From assembly GCA_038496445.1 (NCBI GenBank), contig JALMLS010000564.1, positions 186,001-250,000 on the forward strand: 64,000 nt of DNA, given 5' to 3'. The notes under the pieces are model-generated. The model ran no database searches. It had not been told where the DNA came from and was given only the letters and a program-made list of their open reading frames with translations. The DNA comes from Trichosphaerium sp. ATCC 40318 (lineage: Eukaryota > Protista > Tubulinea). This document shows positions 51,278 to 64,000 of the stretch, piece after piece (position 1 is the stretch's first letter; each line of letters starts with the position of its first letter). The translations under genes were made by a program, and so were the position numbers.

Positions 51278-52030
51278 TTGTACCTGGGAACCATTTACGC
51301 GATGCTTAAGCTATACCAGTCCAATTGCGTTAACTTTATGGCTAAATACGTTGGTAAGCGAATGCCACTAGAACATAAGAAGGCAGTGCGTGTTTTGAGC
51401 CTTGGAAGCGGAAATGCAGCGAATGACGTGCTTTTCTCTAACGCTCTTGCTGATGAAGCCAATATCGAAGTAGCGGAGTACACCCTTAATGATATCTTAC
51501 CTTGTGAGCCTCATGTCGACTTTAAAGTGAAATCAAGCAAAGTTTCTAGGCTAACGAAGCCAATGGAATCAATTCAACTGTCTACTACACCACACATTAT
51601 GATGTTCTTTCAATCCCTTCATACAGTAGACCCAAACAAGGTATTACAATCGACTGTATTTGGAAGATATGGAGCACCTTTCTCTTTTATTGTTGAGAAC
51701 AAACAACATACATCAGCTTGTGATTACCTTGATAATTGTGTCAAACAACTTAACAGTGATCAAATATTATTTGAGAAACACGTGATTGATGATAAATTCA
51801 ATGTTGATGATATCACAGAAGAAGCTTTCAGATCACAGTTTAGTGGACAAGGTAAATTAAGTAAAGAACAAGAAAGTCATGTTGCAAAAGTTCTTGAAGA
51901 GTTCAATGAAAAGAAGTCAGATCCTAATGGAGATAAGCTTATGACATCCGCAACATTTTGTTGTTATGTTGTTGATAGAACTATTACTAATGGCCCTGTA
52001 AATCCGTTTTCAGTACAACCACCTCAATAG
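51278..52030 (+). CDS. Class I SAM-dependent methyltransferase-like protein (histamine-N-methyltransferase-like)
   Basis: VRVLSLGSGNAANDV (motif I), YTLND (motif II), IMMFFQSLHTVD (post-II). Start uncertain. Confidence 0.55.
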   Translation: MYLGTIYAMLKLYQSNCVNFMAKYVGKRMPLEHKKAVRVLSLGSGNAANDVLFSNALADEANIEVAEYTLNDILPCEPHVDFKVKSSKVSRLTKPMESIQLSTTPHIMMFFQSLHTVDPNKVLQSTVFGRYGAPFSFIVENKQHTSACDYLDNCVKQLNSDQILFEKHVIDDKFNVDDITEEAFRSQFSGQGKLSKEQESHVAKVLEEFNEKKSDPNGDKLMTSATFCCYVVDRTITNGPVNPFSVQPPQ

Positions 52031-52258
52031 TAATTCATGTACCGAAATTTTTTGAGCAATACATTAAAATCTATTGACACGAGGCTGTCAGCTAGTATGG
52101 AATAAACGTGATATTTATGAATTAAATAAATACTACTATACTTTGTGAAGGTACAATAAGAGATATCCAAGTGATGAATAAAATAGCAGACTGTAATCAG
52201 TTGAGTTGGATTTTGATTCGTAGCTGCAGTAACCTGCTTTCTTGCTTTATTACAGTTT

Positions 52259-53865
52259 TTACTTTTTCTCATTCATCAATAATGCCACTTTTTCAAATAT
52301 GTCAACACAGTCTTGAAGACTTTGTATTTCCACGTATTCATTTGGAGCATGTGCATTACCACCTTTTGGACCAAACCCACAAATACATGGTATCCCTGCT
52401 TCGTTCTAGATTGAGAAAAAAGGTATTTAGGTTTGATGAACTTTATGCTTTTCTTTGTACCAGCATGTATCCTTCATTAGCGGGTCCACATCCTTTGGCT
52501 ATACCGTCAATATCTGTGACACTTTTTAAAGCAACCTCGCAAGCGTTGACAATACGTTCATCCTTTGATATTGTAGCTGGTGGTGTATGAGATTAATAAC
52601 GCGAGCTAAGTTGGAACTACAATAGCGTACTTGCTGGGAGTTCGTTTTTGATTTTTAAGCTTCCATCAAGCCTAGGTTTAGAAAATTTGGCATTGCGTCT
52701 AGATAATACTTGTTGTATTATGGATTCCATACTTGAGATTATAAAGCTCTTATCAGACTCTGGCATGAGTCGAATATCAACCAAACCAGTTGCCTAAAAA
52801 ACATAAAAAATTAGTCTTTGTCACGTGGTAGCTTAGCTCTTTCCCCAAAATTAATCATTCTCACCTTATTAGGTACAATACTCTCAAATACTCCGGCATT
52901 AATAAGGGTCCCAGGTGTTACCGTCAAGGACAAGTCTGGAAAATCCTGGTGAAGATCTTTTGGCCATTTGAATTGTTCTATTAATAATAAAATCTCGGCT
53001 AACGCTGTTGATGCATTTGCACCACGAGTTTTTGATGCCCTAAGTAATTAAGAACGGTATTAGATAATATAATCCATACTTACCAACGAGATGATCCAGT
53101 GTGTACTGATTCGCCAGTGACAGTTATCACAAGACGAAGGAGTCCTCTTTAAAAAAAAGTTCAAAAAATTTGTATTTCTTATTTTTTTTTCATGCTAGTA
53201 CCTGTGCCCAATAGTTATGTTGTAGTCAGGATAAGCGTAAATTGCTGCTTGCGCCGAATCTAGAACTCCTATGTCCAGTAGGTGTCTTAACCCAATCTCA
53301 GAACAAGCGCCGCTTTCTTCATCAGCAACACAAGCTAAAGCGACAGAACCTATTTCTTTGTTATTTTCTTTGCAGCTCAAAATGGGTTTTCGTCAATCTC
53401 CAAGACTTACAATCTTTCAATCGCGACATAGCGTGTAACGCGCATACAAGACCACCCTTATTATCGCAAGTGCTAGAATAGAGTAAAATGACATCTGGCA
53501 TACAAAAACTTGATTGCCTCTTACCCTCGTCCATACATGTTGCCTTCGCGTATAGTGGGCACCAGAGGTGGAGAAACCCAGCCGTCATTTGTGTAACCGA
53601 CAGTATCAACATGTGCCACAAAAAGGACGGCAATAGGCCCTTCACCGCAAGTAACAAGTAGATTAGGCCTTTTGGGGTCCTTTGCTGTAAATGTCATTTA
53701 AAAAGGCGAAAATGGTTGCCCAGTACCGTAACATTGCGTTTTTAAGCCAAGGGAAGTGGCAAGCTCTATTATTTTGTCTACACAAGCTTTTTCTGAATCC
53801 CTACCGTTAACTGACGCAATAGCCACCAAAGCTTTCAAATCGTCAACTAGACGCGCGTTTTCCAT
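52259..53865 (-). CDS. M20 family metallo-hydrolase (ArgE/DapE-like)
   Basis: RPNLL, AHVDTV, MYGRGTCDNKGG, VADEESG, IGHRGLLR, SIVPNKA..VDIR, GFGPKGGNAHAPNEYV. Confidence 0.9.
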
Positions 53866-54144
53866 CGTGTACAATTGAATTACGTGAAGAAGCGTGAAAC
53901 TTAGATGAGCACAAGATGACCAATTTTCGTTCTCCTTGCGTCTTAACCAAAAACAGCACTTCGCCAAAGCTGCCCCTAAAAGCACGGATAACTCATAGAG
54001 CACTGTAGATGAAGTAGGCTCTTACAGGACTTTGTGAACTAGGATAAACATCACGTGTTAAAAAAAAGTAAAACGGCGAATGGTTTTTAGTCAAAATACG
54101 TCACGTGAAAAAACGTTTGGTACTCATTCTTATTCCACTTAATA

Positions 54145-57100
54145 ATGGCGGAAGTGCCTGGTGCAGGAGCACCTGGCGCAGGAGCTACAATAGACAGGAT
54201 TACTGTAAAAGTACAAATGGTAGGCAGTAACAAGCTAAAGAGGTTTGTTGCGCACTCTGGGATGGCTTTTGGCGAATTTGAAGAGAAAATTGCTCTTTCT
54301 TTATCATTAGAACCTGCGAATGTATCTAGGATAACTTATTTTGATGAAACTGATGAAGAATTTGATATTGACAACCAACAAGGTGAAGTGGCGTGCCGTA
54401 AAAACAAAAGTTTCACAATAAAAATCAACCAATTTAGTTCAACTTTACTAAAAATACTTATTGATCTATTTTTCACGTGGATTTAGACCTCAGCGAAGCA
54501 TTCCTATTTTCAAATGAAGAGAACGAAGGAAGATTGCGTGTTAAAGTTGCCGTTAATAATAGCAATTCACCTGAAATAACTCAGTCAATCTCACCGCCAA
54601 GCGAAGAATCGTCAAAATCTCCTCCTTTAACGTGTTTACCTTCTCCAGAGCATTCACCTCCTCCAGCAAGAAAAGCAAGTCGTCGTGTACTAGGTACGCC
54701 GAAAAAAAAACCACACGTGATTTTTGTGTACTCACGTGTTGCCCAGAATTTACAACAGAAACTCGTGGAGGATTTTCCTTGTACAAGTCTAGAATGTCGT
54801 CTATTGCACCAAGTTCAAATTCATTAATGCGAAAATCTCCTTTCGGGCTTCGGTCTCACAGAACAAGAACGAAATCAGCTGCACCAAGAACCACCTCACC
54901 CGCTCAAAGAACTTCAAGAAGTATTGAGTTTAAAGCGTCTGTACAAGTGAGATTGAAGAATAACAATACAAGAAAAATACTTGAAGTGATGGGCATATAC
55001 GACTTTAGCGACCTTATAATTATAAAGAAACTAGGTCAAGGCGCTTATGGAAGTGTTTCGATGGCAAAATGGTCATCCAGAAGTACGTAAATCGTAAATT
55101 GTTTTCAAAGTCTAAATCAGTTGTTAAAACACTTCAGATCAGATTATTGCTCTCAAAAAACTTCAAGTTGGTAAAATGATTCAACAAGCAATTGGGCGTC
55201 AAGAATTTAAATTATTTGAGGAAGAATTATCCGTATTTAGGTAACAAACACAATCACAAGGAATTCCTTGAGCCAAATTCCTTTTATGTGTTTCTGACTT
55301 TTTTTCGTTCTTTTCAAGAACTCTTGATCATCCTTTCGTTATTAAATTCCTTGGTATTTCCTTCGACGCCTTGTACCCGTATTTAATGATGGAATATATG
55401 CCAGGAGGTACAACCTTTCTCCTTCTCCGAGGATCCAATTAACTCTAAGAAAAAAGGGACTTTAAGCGAGCTATACATTACAGGTGATAAAGATGAACAT
55501 CTCCCTTTCTCAGAGAGTGTTCGTATTGCCATACAAGTGGCTAAAGGGATGATGTACCTTCACTCACTCGGTATAATACATAGGTACACAACGAACAGTA
55601 GCAACTAGTTGTTTTCTAAACTGGTTTGTAGAGATTTGCATTCTGGGAATATTCTTGCACGTGAACTGTATTAATGTTGATTTTAATTTAAATATAGCTT
55701 GATGGGGAACGCAATGCAAGAATATCTGACTTTGGGCTAAGCAGATTGAGCACTGGCGACTTGTGCGTTCCTTTTATACTTTACTTGATTTTTTACTTCT
55801 ATTGACTTTTATTGACTCTGTATGACTAGGTTGCGTTCAAGGACTACAGGACATAAAGGATATATAGCGCCAGAATCAATAAAAAGAGATCAACAAGGCT
55901 TACACGTGTTTTCAACAAAAGGAGATGTCTTCTCATTCTCGTTACTTATGTGGGAAATGACGTCAAGGAAGTTTGCCCTGGCGGCTTGGGGAGGAGATAT
56001 TGTGGCTTGGTGTAGTAATGTACACATCACTACTTCACTTTTATTTCTTCCCTTGGATTGGATGCAGTTTAATTGATTGCTATTACTTAGATTGCAAAAG
56101 GAGAAAGGCCACCTACGCCAAAGAAATGGCATGTCCGATGGGTTGCAATAATGAAGCAATGTTGGCATCAAGATCCACATGGACGCCCTACTTTTGAACA
56201 TGTCAAAGGAATGCTAAAAAGTACGCTATTATATTCGAATTAGTGTTGATCTTCTGTAGTGGTTCAAACGCAAAAACCAAAAGAGATTTCGTCGTACAGA
56301 GGACACTTTCGAGAAAGTAAGGAAGAATATCACCTTTCTCAGTTTTTTCGTAACATTTCTGGTTTCTTTAGTTTCTCTTGCCCCTATGTCTCCGCTACCC
56401 AGCAAAAGGATGCCAACAAGAAAAGGGAGTATTCGTGCTAACAGAAAGGATAGTAGTCGTAAACCACCAAGACATACACTATCGATAAAAAATGCAATGA
56501 ATTATCGTAAATTCTTACCTGCTGACTTTCCTAACTCTTTAATTTATTTACCATCAAGATGTGAGTTGAACAAAAAGAAAAAACTAGGTACGTCCCCCAT
56601 ACACCTACAAAAACAAAAATCAACACTTGGTGTTGAAACAAGACGCCTAAGGCGATTCCAATGTAAGAAACTGATTTCACTAAAAAAAAAACGCGTGATA
56701 GCGAGCTATTTTGGTACAGATGTTTATCGAGGGAAGTTATCTGATTTATCAGTTACCTGCATTGTTAAGAAGGACATATCAGAATCTGAATTTGCTTCTG
56801 AAGTTGCTATAATGTGCGTCAGCATTTTTTTTATAATTGTTTCATTGATTGGATGTATTTAGAAATGCACTGTCAGAACATCCTCATATTGCTCAATTTT
56901 ATGGTGTGTGGGTGGCAGATAACCCCATTTTAATACTAGAACCAACAAAGAGTATGTGAGTTATATAGAAGTATTTCTAACTCTCATAAAGGATGTCTTG
57001 AAGATTACTTGATTTGGCTAAATGTTAGAACAGACAATGTTGTAGTAAGAAGTATCCTTAACAAGCTTACTTTTTGCCAAATCTCGTATGTGAAAGTCCT

Positions 57101-58090
57101 TAACTGTAATTATATCTGGCCACTAGTATAGCATGCGCAATGAAGCACCTACATGACAACTCACTGGCACGTTACTTCGAACAAGAAAAAATCAGAAAAA
57201 ACAACTTATTAATCTACTATTAGATACATCGTTATCTAACAAATAAAACAATTCTGGTTAGTAAAAACTGAAAAAAGAAAATAAGTAACGGCAAAAACAC
57301 TAACGCATAGTTTTTTAAATAGGTTGATAGCTCAGGAGAGGCAAAGATAGCAGATTTTGGTATGATCACGTGACAAAAGGAATACCCATTTAACTTACGT
57401 ATTAAGGTCACGCAACCAAAATGGATGATACTGAGCCAGCAGTAACAGATCCTGAATTTAATAATGGTACGTATTTATTAGAAACTTCTCTTTTTTGAAA
57501 AAACTGTAACACATTGGTTTTTTTTAGTTCCAATTGCACGGTGGTTACCTCCTGAGAGTACGGTGATAATAACTTATGATAAGTCATGTTGATTTTATTT
57601 ACGATAGGTCTTGGTGCCATTAAATTCTTCTCAAAGCACAGTGATGTACGTTTTTGATATGTGTTAATTTGTTCTGATTATTTGTTTAGGTTTGGATGTT
57701 CGGCTGCGTTTTGTACTCAGTATGTTTCATAGCTCGCATACAATGACCTAACATAAATACAAATATAGATCACAACCCAGATGGAACCTCATCACGGTAT
57801 AGAAAACACTGAACTTGCTGTAAAAATAGCGTAAGCAAACACTTTGCCAATCTTTTGATTTGCGCCTAACTTTTCTGACAGAGACCATCAACTAACACCA
57901 ACACCGCCATCACATTGTATACCAAGTCTCAAACGCATGATGCTAAGGTGTTGGTCTCAAGAACCTGAACAAAGACCAAGTTTCACTCGGGTACAAAAAA
58001 CATGAAACATTTGGTTTTGTAAATTTTTTTTAGATGTGTCAGAAGCTTTCAAGGTACTCAAGAGCTGAAAGTAGATGTCGTGTAGCATAG
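54145..58090 (+). CDS. PB1-domain tandem kinase: active TKL-type kinase followed by a TK-like pseudokinase
   Basis: PB1 (ITVKV..RITYFDETDEEFDIDNQQDL). Kinase 1: GQGAYGSV, IALK, HRDLHSGN, DFG, YIAPE. Kinase 2: ASYFGTDV, HRYLTNKTIL, DFG, PIARWLPPE, SDVWMFG. Confidence 0.88.
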
Positions 58091-58487
58091 CTAATAGCCA
58101 ACCTCTTCATGACGTTTTTAGCACTATGTAAAAAAAAACCAATCAGCCCTCTGTCTATAATCATAAACTGTTAACCAAATGGTAGTTACACATTTTATCT
58201 TATCAAGTTTTTTATTAGTTTCTAACCAACAAAATTGTTGCCATACTCAAAAGCACTCCATCTAAAAAATGGGCAGAGATAGCGAAAATTGTTGTTACAT
58301 CGTTTAGGATGGTAGTAATTCTTTGCGTTTGTTGTTGCTTGCCGTTCTATTTTCAACCATCGTCAAATCTTCATCTACCTTACGGAGATCTACCGCTCCC
58401 TACTCGAACAACAAGAGAGCAATGTAGTGAAGAGCAATAGAGGAATTCTAATATAACCAGACTTCTTGATTACTGTGAAGTAAAAAG

Positions 58488-60425
58488 CTATCTATCATAA
58501 TAATCTGGTTTAAATGTTGTGGATTGCTAACAAGCTTGTTAATAACAACACATGGACTACTAATGTCAAGTCTAACGCACCAAAACCTTGTTATACTGAC
58601 TCACAATAAAAGAACGTCTAGTAGCCTCCCAAATACGTCCTGTATGACTCAACCAATCCCTGCAAGAATTGTCAACAAAGGTCAAGAAAAATACTCTTGA
58701 GGAGATTGAAGAACAAAAGCACTTGGTTAAAGAAGACCGTGGTTTAGAGTGTTGATCACGTACTTTTCAGAGACACTTTTTACCCAGCGAGGTATACGCA
58801 TAGAAAGTACTTTTTGTCTAAATTGATCAAGTAGAACTTGATAGTTGTCTCCAATATTAATCTAAAGATTAATAATCAGTACAACATTTAAAAAAAGTAC
58901 ATGTTCTGTTCTTGCTTTAACGAGGCTGTAAATTTACTTACTTGTGCATTGCTTGCTGGAAGAACGTAAAAATTGACATGTGCTTCACCATCTTTTTCTA
59001 GACCAGGCGGAGCCACAGATCCTTAACATTGTTAGATCAGTAAAAAACAATCTCAAAAAAAATTATTTTTATGTTGTTTTGTTTTACCTTTTCTAACAAA
59101 TGGTTGGCCCTTGTAGTATGTGTCGAGTGTTTTACGTAAAGCTTTATATTGAGAAATATTCAAATGTGATGCGGGGACCTTGTTGAATACAAAGACTACT
59201 TCTGGCCAATGTTCTGGAATAATCTTCTTCAAAGGACCTTTTTAATAAGTTAGGTAAAAACTCAAAAGTTTCTTGCAACTACCTTTCTGGGTTGTCGCCT
59301 TTTGTACATTCAGTATCGTCTGTTTCAAGTTATTAGTAATGTAGGGTAGCTATTGTGTGTACGTACTTGTACTGAAATGTCAAGAGAAGGATCTGGAAGC
59401 CCGTGTTTAAGTATCATTGATGTTTTGGTAAATTTTAGTATTTCTTCATCTATAATCCAATCTACAACTACTAGAACAACATGACATACAGCCATTGTAA
59501 ACGCAGCACTCTGTAGACACTAAATACTTAATTAAAATACGTAAATACGAGTCTACAAAAACCACAAACCTGAAGTTCGTTCAAGTTCTCATAAGAAACA
59601 ATATCTTGAGGTAAATTCGGCTCGTTTCTGACAATAGATGTCAATACTGATGGGCTATATACTGGTTGTGTATCAAGGAATATAAATCCGTCTGACTGGC
59701 GTAGGAGTTAAGGTAAAACAGCAGGCTCAAAGATGTCTTGTCGAGCTTTTTTCAAGGCCTTGAAAGAAACTTGGTACCTGTAGAGCTACATCTACACCAG
59801 CTGTTGAGTGAGTGCTTGACAGAATATGGTCCAGTGTTGAAGGAGAAAAAGGTCCGGTCCTCCCTTTGGCAAGCGTCAATTAAACTTTTCAGCACAACAA
59901 ACAGTACCTCTGCCAGAATACAAATAGTTCACTAGAGTGGTTTTACCTACGCCTTGTCTGCCTTTTTGGCTATTTAGTACAAGAATTGGTGCATCTACAA
60001 TTACCTATCACGCCTATGGCACAGAATGATGTATTTTCAGTAAATACGCCTAATTTTTCTATTAGACAAGCTGTGTGAGTGTTGGAAGGACCTTTTAGAG
60101 TTCCACCAATAAATTCGTTATGCGAGTTTATTAATTTATGTGAGGGATGGTTTCTGGTTCTAGAAGAACCAACTGTCTCGCTCTTATTGTGTAATAATAC
60201 TTTATTGGCTTTCTGTATAACTGGTCGCTGTCTAATACCCTGTATTACTGTAGGAGGCTGAGCTTGGTCCTGATAACGTTTTTTACGACGAGAATCGTTT
60301 TGGCGCATGTCTCTCATTTCATCGCGGTCACCTCGCCTACCCTTCTGAAACACACGTTTGTTGCGTGTTGCACCCGGAGAGCCTTCATTTGAGCGAGTAT
60401 TTCTCATACCTTTTGGCTGTAACAT
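58488..60425 (-). CDS. SMG9: Nonsense-mediated decay factor SMG9
   Basis: IGVIGRQGVGKTT, TAGVDV, FLDTQPVYSPSVL, ELQCLQSAAFTMAVCHVVLVVVDW, RDWLSHTGRIWEATRRS. Last exon tentative. Confidence 0.88.
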
Positions 60426-60683
60426 GCTGCAGTGTATGGTACCCTCCAGACACGTTGTGCTAAGTTACACTGTTATTATTGGTACAAATACAACAACAAT
60501 TAAGGCACAGCTTTTTTAATTGTACGTATTGTAATTGTAAAGAAACTAAGCCAACGTAACACGTACGTGTCCTATATGCGTTATTGCTCAACTAGCGCAA
60601 ATACACCTTATAAAAAGAACAACCAAACACACTTTCCGTTGAGTTGCTTATTGCGCTTAGAGCAAAATGAAACAACGGCTGTT

Positions 60684-63600
60684 ATGAGTAAAGTATGGCT
60701 AAAATCAGAAAAGCGCCCTGTGGACTCAAAACGTCATACAACCACAGGGAATATGTCAACAGTGCGTACAAAGTTGAATGGTAGTCAACCTGCTCCAGTG
60801 ATTCCCCAAAGAGCCGATTCGGTCCGTACAAAGAAACCAAGGGATCGCAAAGGCAGGAAGACACTCAAATTCAAAAGTAAAAGAGATACGCAGACTTCAA
60901 ATAATGTCAGCACAAAATGTACTCATCAATAGGGTATTCGCGTCTATTAACAGCTCACTAGATGCAAAAGCAATAAAAGAAGCAAAAAAAAGCCCAAGTA
61001 ATTCTCTTCAAGCAATAGCCGACTACAACGGAAGCCAAGCGGATGGTGACATACATTTTCAAGCTGGTGACATTATTATTTTGCTCAATAAAGTAAATGT
61101 ACGCAAAAACCCGGCAAAACAGTGACAACAATCACTAAACGCGCATTAGCACCCATGGTGGACAGGATTCGCAAATGGAGAAGTCGGTTTTTTCCCATCC
61201 AACTTTGTTATGGATGTTGCTAAGGATGAAGCGCACTCTCAAGGCCATAACGCGCAAGGTACTGCAATGTTTGATTTTTCTTGTTTGGTTTAGCGCAAAA
61301 ACGCTAGCACGCAAGTACCTTTCAACTTACACGTTTTACATAGGATACATTGGTACTGCTGTTGCTCTAACTGAGTTTCCTGGCCATTTATCGGGTGATC
61401 TCGGGTTTGAAAGTGGTGATAAACTGAAGGTTATACATGCACTTGCGGTACGGCGTAGATTTAATTACTATGAAAAAAGAAGCCAATATATATATGCGTT
61501 TATTTACCCTTTCCGGAATAGCATCCTTGGTGGTACGCTGAACTACGTGGTCGTCAAGGATTTGTACCTTCGAATTTTTTGACAGATGTTTCTTGGATCA
61601 GTGGTAAAGCACCAACGGGTATAGATACTGATGAAGGTACTGAAGTTATACCAAGACGCGATACTGTCAATGAGTATCATAAATTACGACGAACTACAGA
61701 AGTGCGACATTATAATTTTGCAGCGAGTTGTTATCCTAACATATTCACAACAGGGTCATGTAAAAGCGGAAAAAACGCTACAGAATAAGTGGATCAAAGC
61801 AAAGATTCCACTAGTTAAACCAAGAGAAGGAATAAAAATGCAAAGAGAACCCTTAAAGGTATAAACAGCTTTTCTGTTTAGCTCCATGTTTTTGGGGTTG
61901 TATTGATTCTGTCTAAATCATTCTTTAGAGGGAACTTATGAATAGTAGCAATACCAAAGTTGATCAAAGCCCTACTGACGAATGGAAACGCACCTTCCCT
62001 GCGAACAAAAACACCCGCCCAATAAATCGCCTTGATATACTTGAGTATAACCCGCGAAACGGAGATAGAGATAAACTACCACGCAGCAAGTACGTCGACT
62101 TGAAAGAAACTTTTATTTCATGTTTATTCACGTTTTTTTAGATCAGTTGAGCGTGTCCCAAGTCTCGTTCGAGCAAAGACACAATCTGAACTCGATGACG
62201 TTCTACCTCCTAGTTATCCTCCTCCACCTACACCATCTCCACAAACTCCATCAAATCTATCCCCTCATAAACCTTCAAAAAAACGTGCAGCGCCAATGTC
62301 TAGAGCTTTTTCTGTTGCTGTAATAAAATCACCTCGACAAGGAGCGAGATCAAACTCACCAAGGTTTAACAGACCAAAGAAACCCATTAGAAGACCGTCT
62401 CCTCTTGGTAGACCTAAGCCAACACGTGCTCCATCTCCAGTACCTCAACCGAGCTCATTGACAAAGGCTACAGGCGCAACTGAACTACAAAGGTAAGTTA
62501 GTACAAAAAATTGTGTTTAACCTTAACTTTCCTTGACAGGCCAGCAAGTGACCCAGCAATTAATGAAAAAGCTCAACCTAAATTCAGTAGACCAAAACCT
62601 CCAACTCCAAAAGCTAAAAGAGGGTACGTTATAACTATTGTGGTGAAAGAATTGAAAATTTTTTTATTGCACTAAATTATTTTTTTACTGACAATTCATC
62701 AAAACAGGCCGTTATCTAAGCTCAAGTTAAATACTCCAAACCGCTGTTCTTGTTTCCTGCCATTATATATGCAAGTTGGTGTTGAATCCTTCTTTACTGT
62801 ACCTATAACAGAGGAGCAAAGTATTGAGGGTATGTTCTTATGCTCATAAGTTTTTTTGGTTTTTTTTGCACTAACCCTTGTTGCCTAGATGTAACTGTTG
62901 AAGTGAAAGACAAAGGTGGTAAACTTCAAACTTACGAAGTACATTTCAGCTTTGATCTTTGTATTTTTAACACGTTGTAGGTAAAAGCTGGCCAGTCTAA
63001 GGCTTCAGTTAGAGTTGTATTTACGCCACCAAAAGAAGGATCATACTCTTTTAATATATCCGTATGTTCCCAGCTCATTGATGGATGTCCTTTCCAAATG
63101 AGCACAGATTCTGATAAAACAGAAGATATGCTTGTACAACTTGAAAGAGATCTAGCACGGTATGTAGACTCCTTACTTCAATACAATGAAGAACTCACTT
63201 AAATTTAAAGGTTGGAGCCAACTCCTGAACCTATACAGATTCAAAAGAAGCATAAAAGGATGAGTATGAGACCACTTCCATTCGCTGGTGAAGAAGGCAC
63301 GTGCAAAATTAGTTTGACCTTGGCTAACCTTTTTCTTGTATATAGATTCATCAAAGAGATCCTCTCAGAAGATTAAAAGTGGAGGAAATAATTCTGTAGC
63401 TATTACACCGCCTGTTATAAGGCGTGCTAAAGATGTTGCACCTCATACAGAAGTAATAACATCAAAGTATGTTAACACCTTGTTATCTGAAAGGCTAACA
63501 ATTTTATCTAGGCGTACTTCTCATTCACCTGAACGGCCTCTTATACTACCGTATGTAATTTTCTTGTTTAATTCAAGATACTGACTGCGATCTACATAGC

Positions 63601-64000
63601 CTACCAAAAGGAACTGAGTTATCTGACCATAAATCATGGGATATTGTTAGAGTTTGTCAGTGGTTACTTACTATTAATATGGAAAAATATATTCCTATTT
63701 TCCAACGTGAAGCAATCACTGGATCTAATCTATGTGATTTGAAAAATGATAAAGTATTACAGGAGGAACCATTCTCTATTGAGAAATGGGGTCACAGGAA
63801 CACTATCATTCATGCTATTCAAAATCTTGAAAAAAGTACGTATTTTATTTATTACAATACACTTGGTGTTGTTTTCTTACTGTTCCTTCAAGATTTAGCG
63901 CTTAAGGTATCTCCACCAAAGGTTGTTCCTTGCCCGGTTGTATCAAAAACACCCAAGAAGAAGGGTTTAGTAGGTCTATTGAGTACGTAGTGTAGTTTTG
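60684..64000 (+). CDS. Multidomain adaptor: SH3-SH3, Pro-rich region, filamin repeat, SAM; continues beyond the window
   Basis: AIADY..DIHFQAGD..HPWWTG..GFFPSNFV; ALTEF..DLGFESGD..WWYAE..GFVPSNFL; VVFTPPKEGSY..IDGCPF; WDIVRVCQWL..MEKYIPIFQREAITGSNL..GHRNTI. Confidence 0.85.

Overview
Gene-dense, AT-rich (roughly 35% GC by eye) eukaryotic nuclear DNA. Most genes are split by very short spliceosomal introns (mostly 40-60 nt, donor usually GTACGT/GTAAGT/GTATGT, acceptor YAG or AAG), so the ORF track shows only exon fragments. The standard genetic code fits every gene I spliced by hand. The gene set (tyrosine kinase, filamin-repeat and SH3/SAM proteins, many F-box/BC-box adaptors) suggests a free-living protist, probably an amoebozoan (inference). 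About 33 protein genes were reconstructed. Confident calls include TerC, ADAL, ACL5-like aminopropyltransferase, CK2 beta, RPT6, coilin, SMG9, LPCAT, an M20 hydrolase and NADAR. Most notable observations: (1) a SIRT5-like pseudoenzyme that hosts an intronic H/ACA snoRNA; (2) an alpha-hydroxy-acid oxidase with a signal anchor and acidic dileucine motif instead of a peroxisomal signal; (3) a Kelch-ectodomain receptor tyrosine kinase; (4) a PB1-kinase-pseudokinase; (5) an LRR-GNAT fusion; (6) a hidden 4xCXXC zinc-finger gene built from 5-38 nt microexons; (7) four GC-AG introns all starting GCACGT, plus U12-like intron candidates; (8) a recent inverted F-box duplication; (9) a strongly base-paired unassigned segment at about 45.3-45.5 kb. 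No tRNA, rRNA, CRISPR or recognisable transposon was seen. All family calls rest on motif recognition from memory, not database searches.
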